Origin: Bigelowiella natans CCMP2755
Lineage: Eukaryota > Protista > Cercozoa
Direction of reading: 5' to 3'
DNA length: 64,000 nucleotides
NCBI GenBank assembly: GCA_000320545.1
Contig: ADNK01001665.1
Span: forward strand, 1 to 64,000
Under the pieces are notes generated by a model, which was given only the letters and a program-made list of their open reading frames with translations, ran no database searches and was not told the DNA's origin. Made by a program: the position numbers and the translations under genes. Each line of letters starts with the position of its first letter. The first letter of the stretch is position 1. Positions 25,939-43,719 of the stretch are shown here, piece by piece.

Positions 25939-28005
25939 TTAAAGTTTAATCATTTGGAACCGCTCATACGCGGCCAATTTTACCGAAACCTTTTCTTTCT
26001 TCTTCGATGACTTTTCCCCATTTTCCTTGGACTCATCAGCAGCATCTTCATCCTTGTTCGAGCTCAGATTTTTATCCTCTTCCAGCTCATATGCGCCCCA
26101 AGCACACTCCGCAGTATCATACGCAACAGTCCCATTACCTATCAATGTGATCATTGAATCAAATCAAAACAAATCTGAATTATCACGGCATCCCACATGA
26201 AATAGTAGCAAGCATATTGGCACATCCAGGCTGTGAGACGATAAAGACGAATACCCACCTACAAATTCTCTTACAGCAGCGTCAACACCGTCCCCGTGGG
26301 TAACTAGGAGCACTCGATCATTGCACCGTACGCAATGCCGACGAAACAAAGCTCTCATCGCAGACATCATGCGAACCTGCGCCGGAAATCACGAAGTATT
26401 GGCATTTATTGCAAATCGAAATCAGCCAACTGTATGGCTTCATTCTATGAAGATATCAGCAATTCTTTTGCGTTGCAAACTATGTAGATTCAAACTAATC
26501 ACTACTGCGTCTCAACGTGAGGGGGTCAGCATTACCTTCCCGTTTCTGTCGTTTTCTGAGGGCTCAGGGTCAACACCGAGAGCTTTCTCTCCCTCATTTT
26601 TTGGCTTCTCCTCTGAACCAACATGGCAGCGCCAAACGTTTTTTACAGACAAGATTCTCCGGAGTTGTATTGTTTTATATCGGTGCCATGGGGGTGATCG
26701 GCAGTCATCATGGTTGATTTTTATCAGATGCTTAGTTTGCTAACACGCTGTCTTCTTGTCGAGGATTTGTTATAACCTGGCTCGATTTTGGTGATGAAGC
26801 CGTCGGAAAACTCTTTCAAAATCGATTCCATTGAGTCTTTGCTCAAATATTCAACCTAAGATTCGATGAAGGGCAGCATGTCATATCATGATTTTCCATA
26901 ACACGCATCATCTGCACGTCGCTACCGGTTTATGAACATCACCTTGCCGTCCGCTTTGTCCGGTCCCCAAACCGCTTTCTGTATTTTTCGCACGCATCTG
27001 CGCACCTGACCATCCCAAATTGGAGCACGGTGGATAAAACACACACACAATGTTCTCGAGAACAGCGGAAGATCTAGTCTACTGGAATTCGTCATTAACA
27101 CGAACGTTGTGGATGCACCTCTCCAATGGATTTGTTAACTCTCAGCCTCGATACACCTAAATCGTGTTGAATTAAATTTTATGTTTTGTGCTCTGCAGCG
27201 CCATCTTTGTGGAAAATAAGATGTATGTTTTTTTATCCCGCCTCTCTCGTATTCAACTCCTTCAAGTAATGAAGTTGTTATTACCTAGATGTTTCGCAAT
27301 AAGAGCTGCTGTCTGGAGGCATCGCGTGTAAGGGGAACACACTATTAAGTCAAACCCTCCATATCCTTTCTTCTTCATCACGTCAGCCTAAGAGAAGAGC
27401 AGTAAGCTTCACGATACTCACCCTTTCCCATACGTCAGATGAATACCAAATGCCATTTTACACTGTCATTGAAACCTGGTCAATGGGAAGCTTCTTATCA
27501 CAGATTGGGGAGTCATATGGGCGCTCATTCTAAGCATACGGGAATAGATATGTGAAGGATATGTGTCACAAAGTGCGTAAATATAGAAAATGGAAGAGAG
27601 GGGGAGGACAGGGGGGAGATGATAAAGAGAGGGAGACAAGTGGGTTCGGGGGAAGGGAAGCGAAAGGGCGAGATCCTTCTATATGGTTCACTACCCGTCC
27701 GGGCCATGTGGCTTTCTTGTCATTGTCCTGTAAAATGTTACATGGATAGAGTCAGCACAGGGAGAGATGTATACATTGTTTCAAGTGGAGACCACGCTTG
27801 TCCATGAGATTCATCGGTGTTATTATTACCAGTCTCACTGAGTGTCGAATCACCACCATGTATCCTTTCTTTCGGATGTCTACTCAACACATATGAGTGA
27901 TCGGAATTCGAAGCCCAATAATAAAATCGATGGATTTCCCAACAGGCAAGATCGAATCGAGTTAAGTGACGAGACCTGCTTTCCCAGCAGGGGACGCGGT
28001 AGCCA
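25939..28005 (-). CDS. Histidine phosphatase / phosphoglycerate mutase-like protein (spliced)
   Basis: Exons YMVVIRHSVRL (about 27835-27865), FDLIVCSPYTRCLQTAALIA (about 27300-27360) and RVLLVTHGDGV (about 26290-26320). Confidence 0.72.
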
Positions 28006-28263
28006 TCGTGGCTTCCCCGGGATAGTCTCCCGAGATTCCTCCCTGGACTTGAGCTTCTTGTTGAAGTAGAAATGCAATTGAATTATCACCTGCGACAACA
28101 ATTATTTCAAACCGCTTAGCATTCGACAACTCGCTGCAGGTCAGTTCCACGTGGATGGCTCGGAAAGAGAGGAGAGCGCGAGAGAGCGAGGGGTGGGGGA
28201 ATGCGCAGTTCTTCAACCTATTGGGAATCACTTGTGTGCTTGTGTTTTTTTTTGTTCTAAGTG

Positions 28264-30890
<2,627 letters not shown>

Positions 30891-32756
30891 GTGAACGAAA
30901 GAGTTGTGTGCCATTGAAAGATAATGCGCTATTCTTTAACCTTATCGCAAAATTCCCATACGCTCAGTCGTTTCGTCTTGCTTCTTTCATGAAGCTATGA
31001 GTCTGTGCGTTGTGAATTCTAGAATTAGGTTTCACATCATAATGCTGATCGTATTCAGTGACTCCTGCAGCATAAGATTAAGCTGTATTGTATATTCTTG
31101 TATGATATCACGAAGATCATCCTGAATGACATTCACGAATTACCATTTACATAATATTAATGCTGTTTGGATATATCCCCATCCAGTAGTGTGTTCCTCT
31201 GGGTTTCACAGTCATGAAAAAATCAGATTTAGCATACGCATAGCTATTGGTAATTTTGTTCGAACGAATGTACCGGAGAATTAGTTCGTCTGCGTGGACA
31301 TGCTGTAGCATGCATTGCACACATGCAATAATTAGCAGTATCGATAACACCCGCCCGCATATAATCCTCCCCCGATCCGCTTCACACGTGCGAGCCAGCA
31401 GCATGTAACAGAGACTTATCTCTGGATTGTGGATCGAACGTACCACGCTAATATGAAATGTTTGTAAGTCTGGCGAGTGAGACTGTGTGTGTGTGTGTGT
31501 GTGTGCGCGCGCGCGCGCGCGCATTGCAGGGAGCATATCCTCAAAAGCATATTTTAGATCACACGTGAACAATATGCTATGTGCATATGATGAAGATGAT
31601 AGTATGCAACGATAAAGACATTGTCAGGCAAGGCAATTATTAGGCTATCCCACACTTGACGGACCTACGATTACTACAATGCATGCAGCGCACTTACAAT
31701 GTTATAAACACAAATTTGATACTTTCTAAATATTCCTCTATGATGTACGAAATTTATTGATCAAAGCATGGCGAAATGTACGATTTCTCATATTATTTCT
31801 TTACTCTTTCTGCATATCCATATTTCGCGGAAAATTGAACGTCTGCTTGAAGTGGCTACCTTCTTAGTGTCCTGTTTTTCTATAATCTAATTCTAAACTT
31901 CAAGAGCTACTGACCATTTTCAAACTCTGGTCCTTTGATAAGGGAATCGGCTTTTGCAATTGCTTTTGGAAAGAAGACTCGATGAAGCACACGAGCACAT
32001 CCGACTCATCATCTCCAATTTTCTTGCTGCTCTTTTGACATGTAATCTTTTGTTAGAGATTTCAGTACCTGAAATCATGGTTTATGATAACATTACATTT
32101 CGGTGTATATCCTAGACAACACACTGCACAGAAAATGCAGCCAATGTGCGAATATGCTAGATTGCCAACCTCAGGGCCAGCAGCAACATGAATTCGAAGC
32201 TGGTTTCTTTTCTTCCGCTCCAATGATCTCCGGACATCTCTTACAGTTGTGAATTAAAAAAGGGCAAGTTCTATGATGCTAACAATGAATAGAGTACGAT
32301 TCGTAAGCTGGTGGCACGTAGTACCTGTAAAAAGAATCCTCAGAGTCGTGGTCGCTGATCTCAGCTCCGTGGCCTGCTGTAGTGAAGCTGATCAAGTTGA
32401 TGCTACAAATAGCTGGAAAAGTCAAGATGACGACCTTTCAATTGACCACCCAAAAGTAAATCTTCAATGGGTACAGTCTTGGTCGAGTTTCCTCTCGGCT
32501 TTGCACGTCCCTCTTGCCTTGAATCCTTCTGTTTGTTTAAGATCAAGATGATGATGTGATGTGGAGCTTTAACTACTTATCAGAGTGTATCAACCTTAAA
32601 TGGCTTCCGCTTGACTTTTATCCTTCTCTTGACTCCAGCGGCTGAATACTTGGCCTGTCGCCTAATGGTATGATACCAATATTAAACTCGGTACCGTGTA
32701 TGATGTATGACAGTGTTACCTGTTGCTGGTAGGATTCTTCTTTCCTCGCCTGGATT

Positions 32757-33123
32757 TCATTTCAATAGCTTCCTAATCAATTCGATGATTTCATCAGGAA
32801 TCGTTCTGGCTGATGTATTGATCGATTGATCAACTAGTTTCACCACCTCGGAATCGTTAAATCCGAATTGAGAAGTGAGTAGAATTTGAAGGACAATCAA
32901 AGCAGAGACTAGAGTCGCACCGGAGCGATAACGTAGAGATCTACCCCAGCATCTCCACATGAATGGATTGTAACCTGCTTATAGTCCTGGACTGCTCGGA
33001 GACTGTGGCGGTCTTCCGCGCCCACAAGAGTAGTAGGAGGAGAGTCACGCAGGGGGGGAGGAGTGACGAAAGGCGGAATCGTTCGGAACCCGAGGACAAG
33101 CGAACTGGAACGAACTGCGACAA
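32757..33123 (-). CDS. Hypothetical membrane protein fragments
   Basis: Two short ORFs with hydrophobic stretches; no recognisable motif. Confidence 0.25.
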
Positions 33124-33417
33124 GATAGTCGAATAGCGGCTAATAGCGGGTAATGACGGTAATTGACGGGTGATGATGGATAATCACGGGTAGTGACCGG
33201 CGGTACCAGCAGTAAATTCACAGTAAGTTTACAGCTTGAACCTTCACTCCATCCCTTCTTAAAGGAGAGGAGGAGAAGGAGGAGGAAGAAGAGGAAGAGA
33301 AAAAGACGCTGCGGAAGGCGAACGAGCGTTCACGTAATCGAACCAACGCAAATTGCTTCCGGGAGGAGAGGAACGGTTTATACGGCCTTGGACATTTAAC
33401 CGCGACGTGACTGAGTT

Positions 33418-34658
33418 ATGGGACAAGCAATCTGCTCTTCCGTGGTGAGTTATGCGCTTGATAGAAGTGACGAGAAATTTCCCCAAGGAAGTGCATGTTA
33501 TCAGTGTTCTGTCTATCACTATTGAACGAGTTCTGTTCCTTCATTATTAAATTCTTGTGTACAATTAGCTCAATGGAATTGAGCTGTCATCGGATGGACG
33601 TGTTCTATTCGAGGAGCTATTGCAGAAAATTAAAGAGGATGACGAACTCATGCAGTTCGATAAAGCGGTCAAGGCAATAAGCAAGATGACCCCCAAGGAA
33701 GGAAAGGTTACGAATTTTGGGATTATAGTCTCTGAATTCAAGCGAAAATAAATCCTGATTACTTGGGTGAAGCTCATTTCCTTTTTTAGGTTCTTATTGC
33801 AGAAGTGGAGACCACTCTTGAGAATGTTTGGGGTCGAAATTTTCAGAAAAACATCGAGCGCCTAAAGGGAAAGGTAAGAGTACATTTACTGACAAAGATA
33901 GTTATTGATACGACGGTTTCCCTCGACAGAGAACAAAGACGCGTTTGGACGATGATGACGGGGGCTGGGGTGACACGAATGCAGACTGGGGCGAAGATGA
34001 GAAAGATGCTGCTGGTACTGAGGAAAAAGAAGAAGCAGATGGCGATGACGGTTGGGATGACAACGAACCTGAGATGAAGAGAACGGAATCATGGTAGCTC
34101 CCTTTTAATTTGTAGGCCATTTACTTCTTTCTTCCGCACTAACATGCACCTTTTTGCAGGGGATCAACTGGAGAGACCAATGAAGGGTAAAAAAGTTAAG
34201 GAAGCAGGCGATGCGATGTCGCCTCAAATCTGTGTGTTTTTAATACATCTAGGGACTGGGATGAAGGCGAAGGAAATGAAGACTGGGGTGAAGAAGAGCC
34301 CGTAATTCACATGTCATTTTTTGAACGAATTACGCTTAACTGAGGGATCAATTGTGACATCAGACTTTGGAACAAGTTGATTCAATGGAGGATATCATAA
34401 AACCGAAGAAATCAGGAAGTTTTTTCTGCCTCAGTGAAGGCTACTTAATGCAGGAGGTCATTGCTGTATTTTGTTAAAATAAGCACCGTTTCAATCCTTC
34501 CACTATTGAAAATTTTAGGTTTTTAAGAAATCCAAAGCTCTAGCCGACGCAGTAGATATACCAAGGGGGGTAGCAACAAATTTGCTTCGAAGCTTCAAAT
34601 GGAATAAGGTTGTTGCGATAGAGATATTATTGTGGTTGTTTCTCATCTGAATATTATA

Positions 34659-34697
<39 letters not shown>

Positions 34698-35655
34698 TTG
34701 TGGTGAATAGGAACGTGCGATCGAAAGTTTTTTCAGTGATCCCCGAAGACTAAAAAAGAAGGCATACACGACCCACCCTCCAATCGAATCAAAAGTGCGA
34801 AAGAATAGATTTTTGTTGTTTGCAGTGCTATTTTTGACACAATATTGATCTCTACAGGAGACCAAAGTACGTTGCATGTTTCGGGCGCAGTTGTCAGGGA
34901 AGGTATAAATCGGTTTTGAATGGCGTATCGTCTCCCTCCAAATGAATTATTGTATGTTTCTTGTCAGGATGAAAAGGAAGCAACTAGTTCTTCTAAGCAG
35001 AAGAAAACTCCAAAGTTAACCGCCGTCGAGAAAGCCGTGGAGAAATTGATTAAAAAGGCAAAGTCTCAAGCAGAAATATATAAAACTTTGGGTTCTAAAT
35101 TCAAGCTTCGTGACGTTATGATGGCTGTAAACAAGATGAATGCTCGGATGGCAGCAGAAAGCCTAGCATCTGAGAGCCTTACAATATGTGAAAGCAACAA
35201 TGGGATCGTGCCAGTAGAAAATGCAACGCAATTGCGATGTGGACACTGGGCATGCAATGATTGCTGGGAATCTAATCTCCGATACAAAGCAAAATCTGGA
35301 AGAGAATGCATCAATTTTAGATGTCAATACGTCGTTTGTAAGAAGAGAAACTGTCGCCACAAATCCGACTTGGGTTGCTTCTGTCAGGAAGCCATTCCCC
35401 GGGAGATGTTCGTCAAGTTTCTCAAAACCGAGGAAGTCGGAAAGTACGACAAATGGATGGCTACGCAATACTCACTTGACAACAGAAGTACGATTACACA
35501 TTGCCCCCAGGCAGGATGTGGGTGGTGGCTAAAACCGAACCCATCCGAGTTGACCTCGCGTGCAACTTGCTTGTGTGGGAAAGTGTTCTGCTTCTCTTGC
35601 GGAAGAGCTCCTCACAACCCTGTTCCATGCTTCCAGTACGAGGTGTGCGCAGTCG

Positions 35656-35731
<76 letters not shown>

Positions 35732-36779
35732 GTTTGCCGTCTGGTGTCTGTTTTTGAAATAAGGGACTCGGTTTTCCAAAGCTGACTCCGACCCCATCGC
35801 CATTTTCCAGCTATTGACAACGATCTCCCTTTCTCTTTTAAAACATCCGTAGGATTTCCAGGAAAGAGGAAAACCGATGTATCTGGAGAAACTTTGGCTA
35901 GAGAGCAGCACACTTCCATGCCCGAAGTGCAAAGCTCCGATCGAAAAGAATAAAGCGTGTTTACACATGACCTGCATTTGCACCTATGAGTTTTGCTGGG
36001 CGTGCGGGCAGAAATGGCAAGGTGTCGGCCATGGATTCTACAATTGCCCAAAGTATAAAAAGAACGAGGACGCTAAGACAAGGGATGAGGACCAGCAGAG
36101 AGCTATCCGGGAACTGAGTAAGTTCAAGTGGTATCAACGGCAAATGGATGTCACGAGAAAGGAAATGGAGGAAGCTCAGAAGAGAAAAGCTGAATGGGAG
36201 AAGGAAATGGAAGATAAGACCAATAGCTACCGCGACTATGCGTTCGTATTCGATGCTCTCGATACGTTTTTGCTCGCGAAGGAACAGATGCTGAACTTGA
36301 GCATTATTGCTTTCTATTTCCAAGGCAAAAATATCGAATGGAGATGCCCGTCATGCACGTTTGCCAATGGATACGGTGAAGTGTGCCAAATGTGCAACAC
36401 GAAGAAGCCGAAAGAAAAGAAGTCAGATAGCGTAAAGGAGATGTTCGAGTTCCAACAGAGGATGATGGTCAAAGTTACTACATCGCTTAAAAAGTGCTTT
36501 GAAGATAAAACTCTGGACAACGTGCTCAAAGAGAAGAAAAACGTCCAAACGAAAGCTAACGCTTGCAGCAAATTTATACGGGAACTCGTTAGAGACGTCG
36601 AGTCTGGGAAATACACAGCATACATTCTTGAACAACCAGATGATTCCATTTCTGGATGGTTCTGCATTCGATGTGAACAGATGAACAAGTTCGACACGAT
36701 GATATGCAAATCTCCGGGATGTGAAGCCTGTCAAGTCCATGGAGAACCGGCATGCTTACGTTGCAATCCGAGGCAATAG
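33418..36779 (+). CDS. Ariadne-like RBR E3 ligase with a RanBP2-type zinc finger and a C-terminal Cys cluster
   Basis: RING1 (LRCGHWACNDCW), IBR (HCPQAGC...CLCGKVFCFSCGRAPHNPVPC), RING2 (CPKCKAPIEKNKACLHMTCICTYEFCWACG), WRCPSCTFAN...CQMC. Start approximate. Confidence 0.88.
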
Positions 36780-37836
36780 TTAGTTTGGAGATCACATTAT
36801 TTCTGTCACTCACGGACACGACGAACGACAGTTCTGCGTGTGTGTGTGTGTGTGTGTGTGCGTGCGTGTATGTGTTGTCGCAGCTGTATTTGTGCTTCTT
36901 CAGCTGACACAAGTGTGTATTCACGCGTATGATGACGTTCTTTGTGAGTTGAAAATGCTGTGTTCTGGATATATGATGCCCCCATGCGATGAGCGTTTTC
37001 TTTGATTATTTGCATGGTAAACAAACAAAAGAATATAAGGCTGTATCGTCGGGTAAAACCGTTTACTTTGATAGAGAAGGAAATGAGATGCGACTTATTA
37101 ATCATTCGGCACATTGCTGCACCTATAATAATATGTTTTTATGCATATATGCATATGCAGCCCGAGTGCACTCCGCACTGTCAGTGCATGCGTAAAAGCA
37201 TTAGTAAGCGTATATTGCATGCGCAGCCAATGATGCATGAGACGGCGCAATGAAGTCGATTGAATCTTACCAATTGTCATCCTAACAAGTGTCTCTAGAT
37301 CGGTGCAATGCTGCGTTTTTGACATTAGCGATTATGTTGTATCTGTTTCTTTCCAATTGTGATCTACATTCTCTATCATTAGCTTGTTAGCACATGCTGC
37401 TGCATGTGTGTCCGAATTAGCTAATTGCTGAGATGCACGCTTCTATGGACGCTGTTATGCTGTCTAGCTGTCGCACTCACAACAAGCTCTACATACAATA
37501 AACACTACCTGCACTGCTGATCTGCTGATCCTAATGATGAACAACGTGGTTGAACAGATGCAACACTATGAAACATGAGAGACCAAGAGATCCACGTGTC
37601 TGTGGTGTTAGCGCGCTGCACATCGGATGCTTTCAACAAAACATAGCCTCAGTTGTTCTTAAGGGATGACTCATGGGTTGCAGATTGCAGCCTGAGCGTG
37701 CTTTAAAAAAAAGACCTTTCATCATTGTCGCAAGACGGATGTAATAAATCAAATTAAATTTGTTCAATGGTCATCCTAATGTAGCTATGCAATACAGCGG
37801 TTACAGCGCTAATACAGTCGTGTGCCTTATTCTGTT

Positions 37837-38732
37837 CTAGCTTCTTTCCTCTTTACCCTCTTCGGAGAGTTCAACGCTGCTTGTTTCATGCCGGCGCTCC
37901 ATCCCTTCTTGGCTGCCGTTCGCAGATGCTTCGTTGTGCTGCTCAGCATAGCCATGATCACGGCCGTCGTCATGTTTTACATCGCGATGTCGTTCTCGCG
38001 CTTGCTTTCTGTATCTGCTTCCGTCATCATGCCGTTGATCATGCCCTCTAGAATCACGACCGTCAAGACGACGTTGACTATTGTTATCGTAACCTCTTCC
38101 TCCTCTTTCTTCTCTGTGATAATTGTTCTGTTTTTCTGTATAGTCAGCATCACTGTTGCGACCGCTGCTGCGGTAATATGTTCGGCGACCCCGATTGCCA
38201 TTGTCATCACCATTATCGTCTCGAATGTCGTGATCCTCGTTTTCCTCCGCAACGCTATGATGGTGGCTGTCGTAGTTGTTCCGAGGTCCTCTGCCACCAC
38301 CACCACCACCACCACCACCACCATCTTCATCGTTATCATCATCACCCCTTCTCGTGGTCATTCTCGGTGCTGTTTCTTCTTCATCGCCGCGTGCTCTTCT
38401 AATTTCTCGATGGCTATCACCACGTCTCCACCTATCACCACTATCCCTGCCATCCTGATGATCATCATTGTCGTTTCTCCGTCGTCTTCTCCTTCTTCTC
38501 CTACTTTGACTTCGCCCGGCAGCAGGAGCAGTATTTCGAGAGGTTGATCTCCTCCTTTTTGTTCCAGCTGTAGAGCCTCTCCACATTCCTCTTCTGCCAC
38601 CATATTCTCCCCCCCGTCTATGGTCATAATTCCTCCTGTCCCCACCGCCATCCTCATCACGGTAGCGTCTTCTCCTTCTTCCAATTATCCTATCGTACTT
38701 TGGATCCCAATCACGTCTGCTTTCACACAAAC

Positions 38733-38818
<86 letters not shown>

Positions 38819-38825
38819 ATGCACA

Positions 38826-38924
<99 letters not shown>

Positions 38925-39682
38925 TCAGGAATGGTGATCGTTATCGCCATTACAATCGATCGTTGTAGGACCTGAAATCTTCTAAAGTCTCTTGGTCTTT
39001 CGTCGTCATCCAATTTTTGTCTGAATGGACATTAGAAGATGTTGTTTTGTTCTTTTTGAGTTTGCTTATGCACGTTCTTATCCTGTAACTTAGCTGTTGC
39101 TCTCACACCACTCGTACAAGGAATGAAGGGAATCACAAGCATATACTGTAACAAGCAAAAATCCTCTCCCCCATATTCTCCTACTACGCCTCGTGATTTT
39201 CGATGTTTGTCCTCATATTAAGTACCCGTTATCTTTTCCGAGATGATCTCTTGCGCTTGGTAAAATGCAGCGCTAAGAATTGTTAGAGCGGCTGTGAGCC
39301 ATTCATCAAACCAAAAGGATGCGCTACTACGCTACTACGTTCGTTGTGCTTTTGCCATGTCCATACCGTCTGTTCTTGTAGTGACCCATAATGTAAAGCC
39401 TTTTCGTGCGATCCTCTCGTTGGAAGTTATCGAAAAACAAGAACGCCGCGCTGCTCTGTCCCAGTCTGGGTCGTGAAGGAGGAGAAGGAGGAGGAGGGGG
39501 GGGGGGGGGGGCAAGGAAAGCTACTTTAGACTTTGCAAGCGACATGGCATTTGCGATGTTTAGCGCAGCACAACCAAGACTGCACATATACGTTATGATT
39601 ACTTTTGCAATGTTTGAGCTCGAGCCCCCATCAAATATCCCAACGCTCCTATAGGGACGTCAAGCGTTGCCACCTGATTATT

Positions 39683-39761
<79 letters not shown>

Positions 39762-41000
39762 CGTGTGCGTGTGTGTGTTTGATGACCTCTTTGCGTTTCT
39801 CCAAGTTTGAGAAATCTATCCTAACATCCTGTGAGTAATGATGCACAAACATGTTGCTCAAAGCCGTCTGGAGAGGTGAAGTATGTTCTTTGGCTGTGGG
39901 GCGCTGTATTTCAAGTGTGTTGGACAATATGGTGACCTTCGATTTTCTTTGCTGAAGCATGATTCTCACGGCCTCGCTACACAAATGCCTAAACACAACA
40001 CAAACATACGCGCGCTTTATATAATATTTGTTTGTGTGTGTGTGTGGTGTGGTAAGAGAGTAATATCCATTAAGAAAGTGCCGTGCCTACTAATCATTTT
40101 TCGGATTATAACTGCTGCTACTGCTGCTGCTAATAACCTCTGATGATCGCTGCCTCTAATAATAGCCTTGTTATCTTCAACCCTCAAACGTGCGCTAATG
40201 AGAGAGAGGGAAAGAGAGCGCGAAGGGAGAGAGGAAAGAAGGCCGATATAAACGTCTAGCACTGTAAACATGATTACGTATTCACTCGAATACCATTAAA
40301 CAAAATTACATCGTCAATTCTACTCATCTGCTATGTGCTACCCGCTCATCTCCATTAGAGCCCTGCACACGCTACCCCCCCTTCCGAGGATGTAGGGAAT
40401 CTCTACAGCCTCCATGGGAATTGCGGTGGTGGTTGCAAGCGCTCTTTCTCCTAAACACACACGCGAATACATATGGATACTACTAATAGTTGCGTGTAAG
40501 GGAGAGGGGAGAGGGAGAGAGAGAGGGGAGAGAGAGAGAGAGAGAGGAGGAGGAGGAGGAGGAGGAAGGGAAAGAGGAGGGGGGGGGGGATCGAGATGCT
40601 TGCGCATTTTGCCTAAGCCGTCCTCTTCGTAATTTTACCGTTGTTAGCATTGCGTCTATCTGCAGCATGTTGCTCTCCTTCTTCTTCTTCTTTTCGAGGA
40701 GGCAACTGAGAACCAGCCTGGTACCCTTCCTGCTGTCTTCCTTCATCAGATAAAATCGACTTGCTCCGCAGCTGCTGCTGCTGCTGTCCTGGCTGAGTGT
40801 ATGGTGTTTGCGGCGGCCTTGGCGGTGTGATCTCCAAGGACAACAGCTTACTCCTCCCCCCATTTGAAAATAACCCGACAGCTGATGAAGGTGCCACATA
40901 GCAAACCCAAAACGCTCCGAGCAGCACTGCCATCCCCACGCACGATCTGCGCAGTTGCAGCAGCATACTTGGGTAGGGTGGCGGAGGGGGAGCAGGGAAA
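37837..41000 (-). CDS. Hypothetical spliced gene with a hydrophobic leader and an Arg/Asp/Gly-rich low-complexity C-terminus
   Basis: Leader-like MAVLLGAFWVCYVAPSSAVG (about 40880-40940), exon fragments at 39682-39996, RD-rich terminal ORF 37837-38720. Linkage is inferred. Confidence 0.35.
38736..38921. repeat. Compound microsatellite (CA)n(GA)n-(CA)n(TA)n, representative of dozens of intronic tracts
   Basis: Seen directly. Similar tracts occur at about 1890-1950, 35660-35730, 39690-39775, 48540-48650 and 60510-60570. Confidence 0.95.
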
Positions 41001-42162
41001 TGGAGTAATAAAGCAGATACTTCGTAGCGCACTTCCGATGGCGATCTGTCAAAAAATCTTAGGATATTCGTAGGTTATTTCGCACAATATTCATTAGTAT
41101 TCTCCGATAATATCTCAAGACAGCAGTCTCATATTTTCAAAAATCTTATTAATTACAGGATGTTTCCGCATGAAATTCTTATCATGTTCATTAGTTTAAG
41201 ATGTGCAACTGAACAGAACCACAGAATCACCAGATCAGGGCGATGATGACTCGTTAAGGGGGGAATGGACGCAAGCCGGCTGGATAGAATCTCATCCTAT
41301 TCCTGCAATCGAACATAATTTCGTAATTGGTACGCAACAAGTCCTCATTTCAAGGCGAATGGCGTATCTTGTTCTTATATTTGTTCTATTCTCGTGATAG
41401 ACAAGGCACTTCTGCGATGGCCTCCATACTTCCAAATGTCGTTCCCAGATGTCTGCTGCTTGAATGCTTGCGCATGGTGAAATGTATATGATAAAAGCGG
41501 ATGGCTCCTGCTTTTACCTTTGAGGCCTGTTATGATATATTCTTGATTTCGGCACAACATTGATGACGTAGCTGCTTTTAAACGACAACCTGCCTTTCTC
41601 ATCTTCGTCGCTATTACCTCTTCAACACACGCACACTTGTGATGTTGCCCACCAGGAGGTGCAAAAGGCGGTCGTGGATAAGAAGAGGGAAAACACTCGC
41701 AAGGTAGTTGAGTTATCATATAGCAAAGTCTGAAGAGATGAAAGTGCTGCCAGAAGCATTTTAATGAATGCTGCTGATAGTTCATTTTAATGAATACTGC
41801 TGATAGTTAATTTGGCATTGGGATATAATATGTCACAACTATTGGCAAATCGACGTGATGTTGCTTTATCACTTACTCATGAAAGGCGAACTTGGTTAAA
41901 GATCTCATCAGTAGAGAAAATGCACGTGTGCTTCAGAAACAGAAGCACATAGCCCGAATACGAGGCGAATTAGCGAAGGTATAGTAAATGGAATGGAGAT
42001 CACTATCTACAATGCTACTCACAAATTGGAATATTTTCTTTTCGTCAATTTTGTAAAATGAATATAAATGAAGATGTCATTTCTCCCAGTATTGAAGCAT
42101 CGATTTCCATACTTTCACTTCATATCAATTATTGTCATCTTATGATTAACAGTTTTCATCAG

Positions 42163-42196
<34 letters not shown>

Positions 42197-42444
42197 GTTG
42201 CCGTTTGTCGTTATTCTGCAAGGTTGATCGAAGCGTGAGCGACCAAATCAACATTCTACGAAACAAGATAGATCGGTACTGTTTGTTGTTGTTGATAGGA
42301 ATGTTGAACATGCTGATGATGATGATGATGACACTGCTGTATATTCAGTGCTGATAGAGGCTTTTCTGAAGCTCAAAGGATATTCAAATCTGCAGAGGAA
42401 AAGTAAGAAAGAGTAGTAGTCAGCTGTACTAAACATTTCGATAA

Positions 42445-42619
42445 TTGGATAGCTGTCGCACAATGCTGCTACTGGACGGCAGAGAGGGGGGAGGGGAATA
42501 TGAGAGTAGAAAGCCTTCAACCACTAAGACTAATCCCCTCTCTAGGTATTTAAAGGCGAAAGCAAAGTTGGAGAAGGCGACCAAAATGAAGCAGTTGCTG
42601 TCTCAGCATTTGGTCATAA

Positions 42620-42659
<40 letters not shown>

Positions 42660-43189
42660 GACATAGTAGAAATAAATATATTCGCCCTTTAGATGTGCCT
42701 GCATAAAATACACACTTACGGGGGGGGGAGAATGATAGAGAGAGAGAAAGAGAAAGAGAGAGAAGGTTTCATTATTATCTCTCCTCATCATCATCATCTT
42801 GTGTGTATGATGCTACTGTCGCGAATATTACAGGCTCAGATTCTAATACACGTTGAGGAAGAAAAAGCTGCTAGACTAGAGAATCTGCTTCGGGTATGCA
42901 GAACACCGCAATATTACCGATTATGTAAAAGATCCTCTTGTATGGTACACGTGAATCTCTTTTCCCATTATGAAATTTCCTTCCTCTCATATCATCATAA
43001 GGTGAAATCTCACAACATTCTTCGGGTTGTGTTCGTTGTTTTTAGCTTTCTACTCTTATATCGCTCTGCCGTGATAAATATTGTGCATTCCATCCATTCG
43101 TATACATAGGATCTGAACATTAAGAGCAGCGCTGCCAAAGGCGATGATAATGGTGATGGTGAGGAAGATCAGAATAGCAGCCAGCTCAC

Positions 43190-43222
<33 letters not shown>

Positions 43223-43502
43223 GAAGCACAACGACAATGACGATAAGAACCAAGAGCCATCCAGCGTAATGCAGACCGGAAATAGCAATGGCGATGATAG
43301 CAAAAGCAACGACAGAAAGGAAGAGAATAGGGAGGAGTCAATACCACAGATACCGAAGGCGAGGCCACGCCAACAGCAACAAGCTAGGGAAAGAGAAGAA
43401 ATGAAGGACCGGATGAGCAGTAAGAAGATAACCACAACAAAGGTACTTACAAAAGAATTTACAGCTCACAGCGCATACTAAGAAGACACGATGCATTATC
43501 GA

Positions 43503-43544
<42 letters not shown>

Positions 43545-43687
43545 CAGGAGCTGCAAGCTATGGAGAAGGATGCTGCCGAGAAGTTAATGCTAGACACAAA
43601 CAAGAGTAGCTCTTCCAAGCAGCATCAACACACAGACACATCATCATCTGCGGCGACTGGAAGAAGCTTTAATAGGGGAATCAGGAA

Positions 43688-43719
<32 letters not shown>

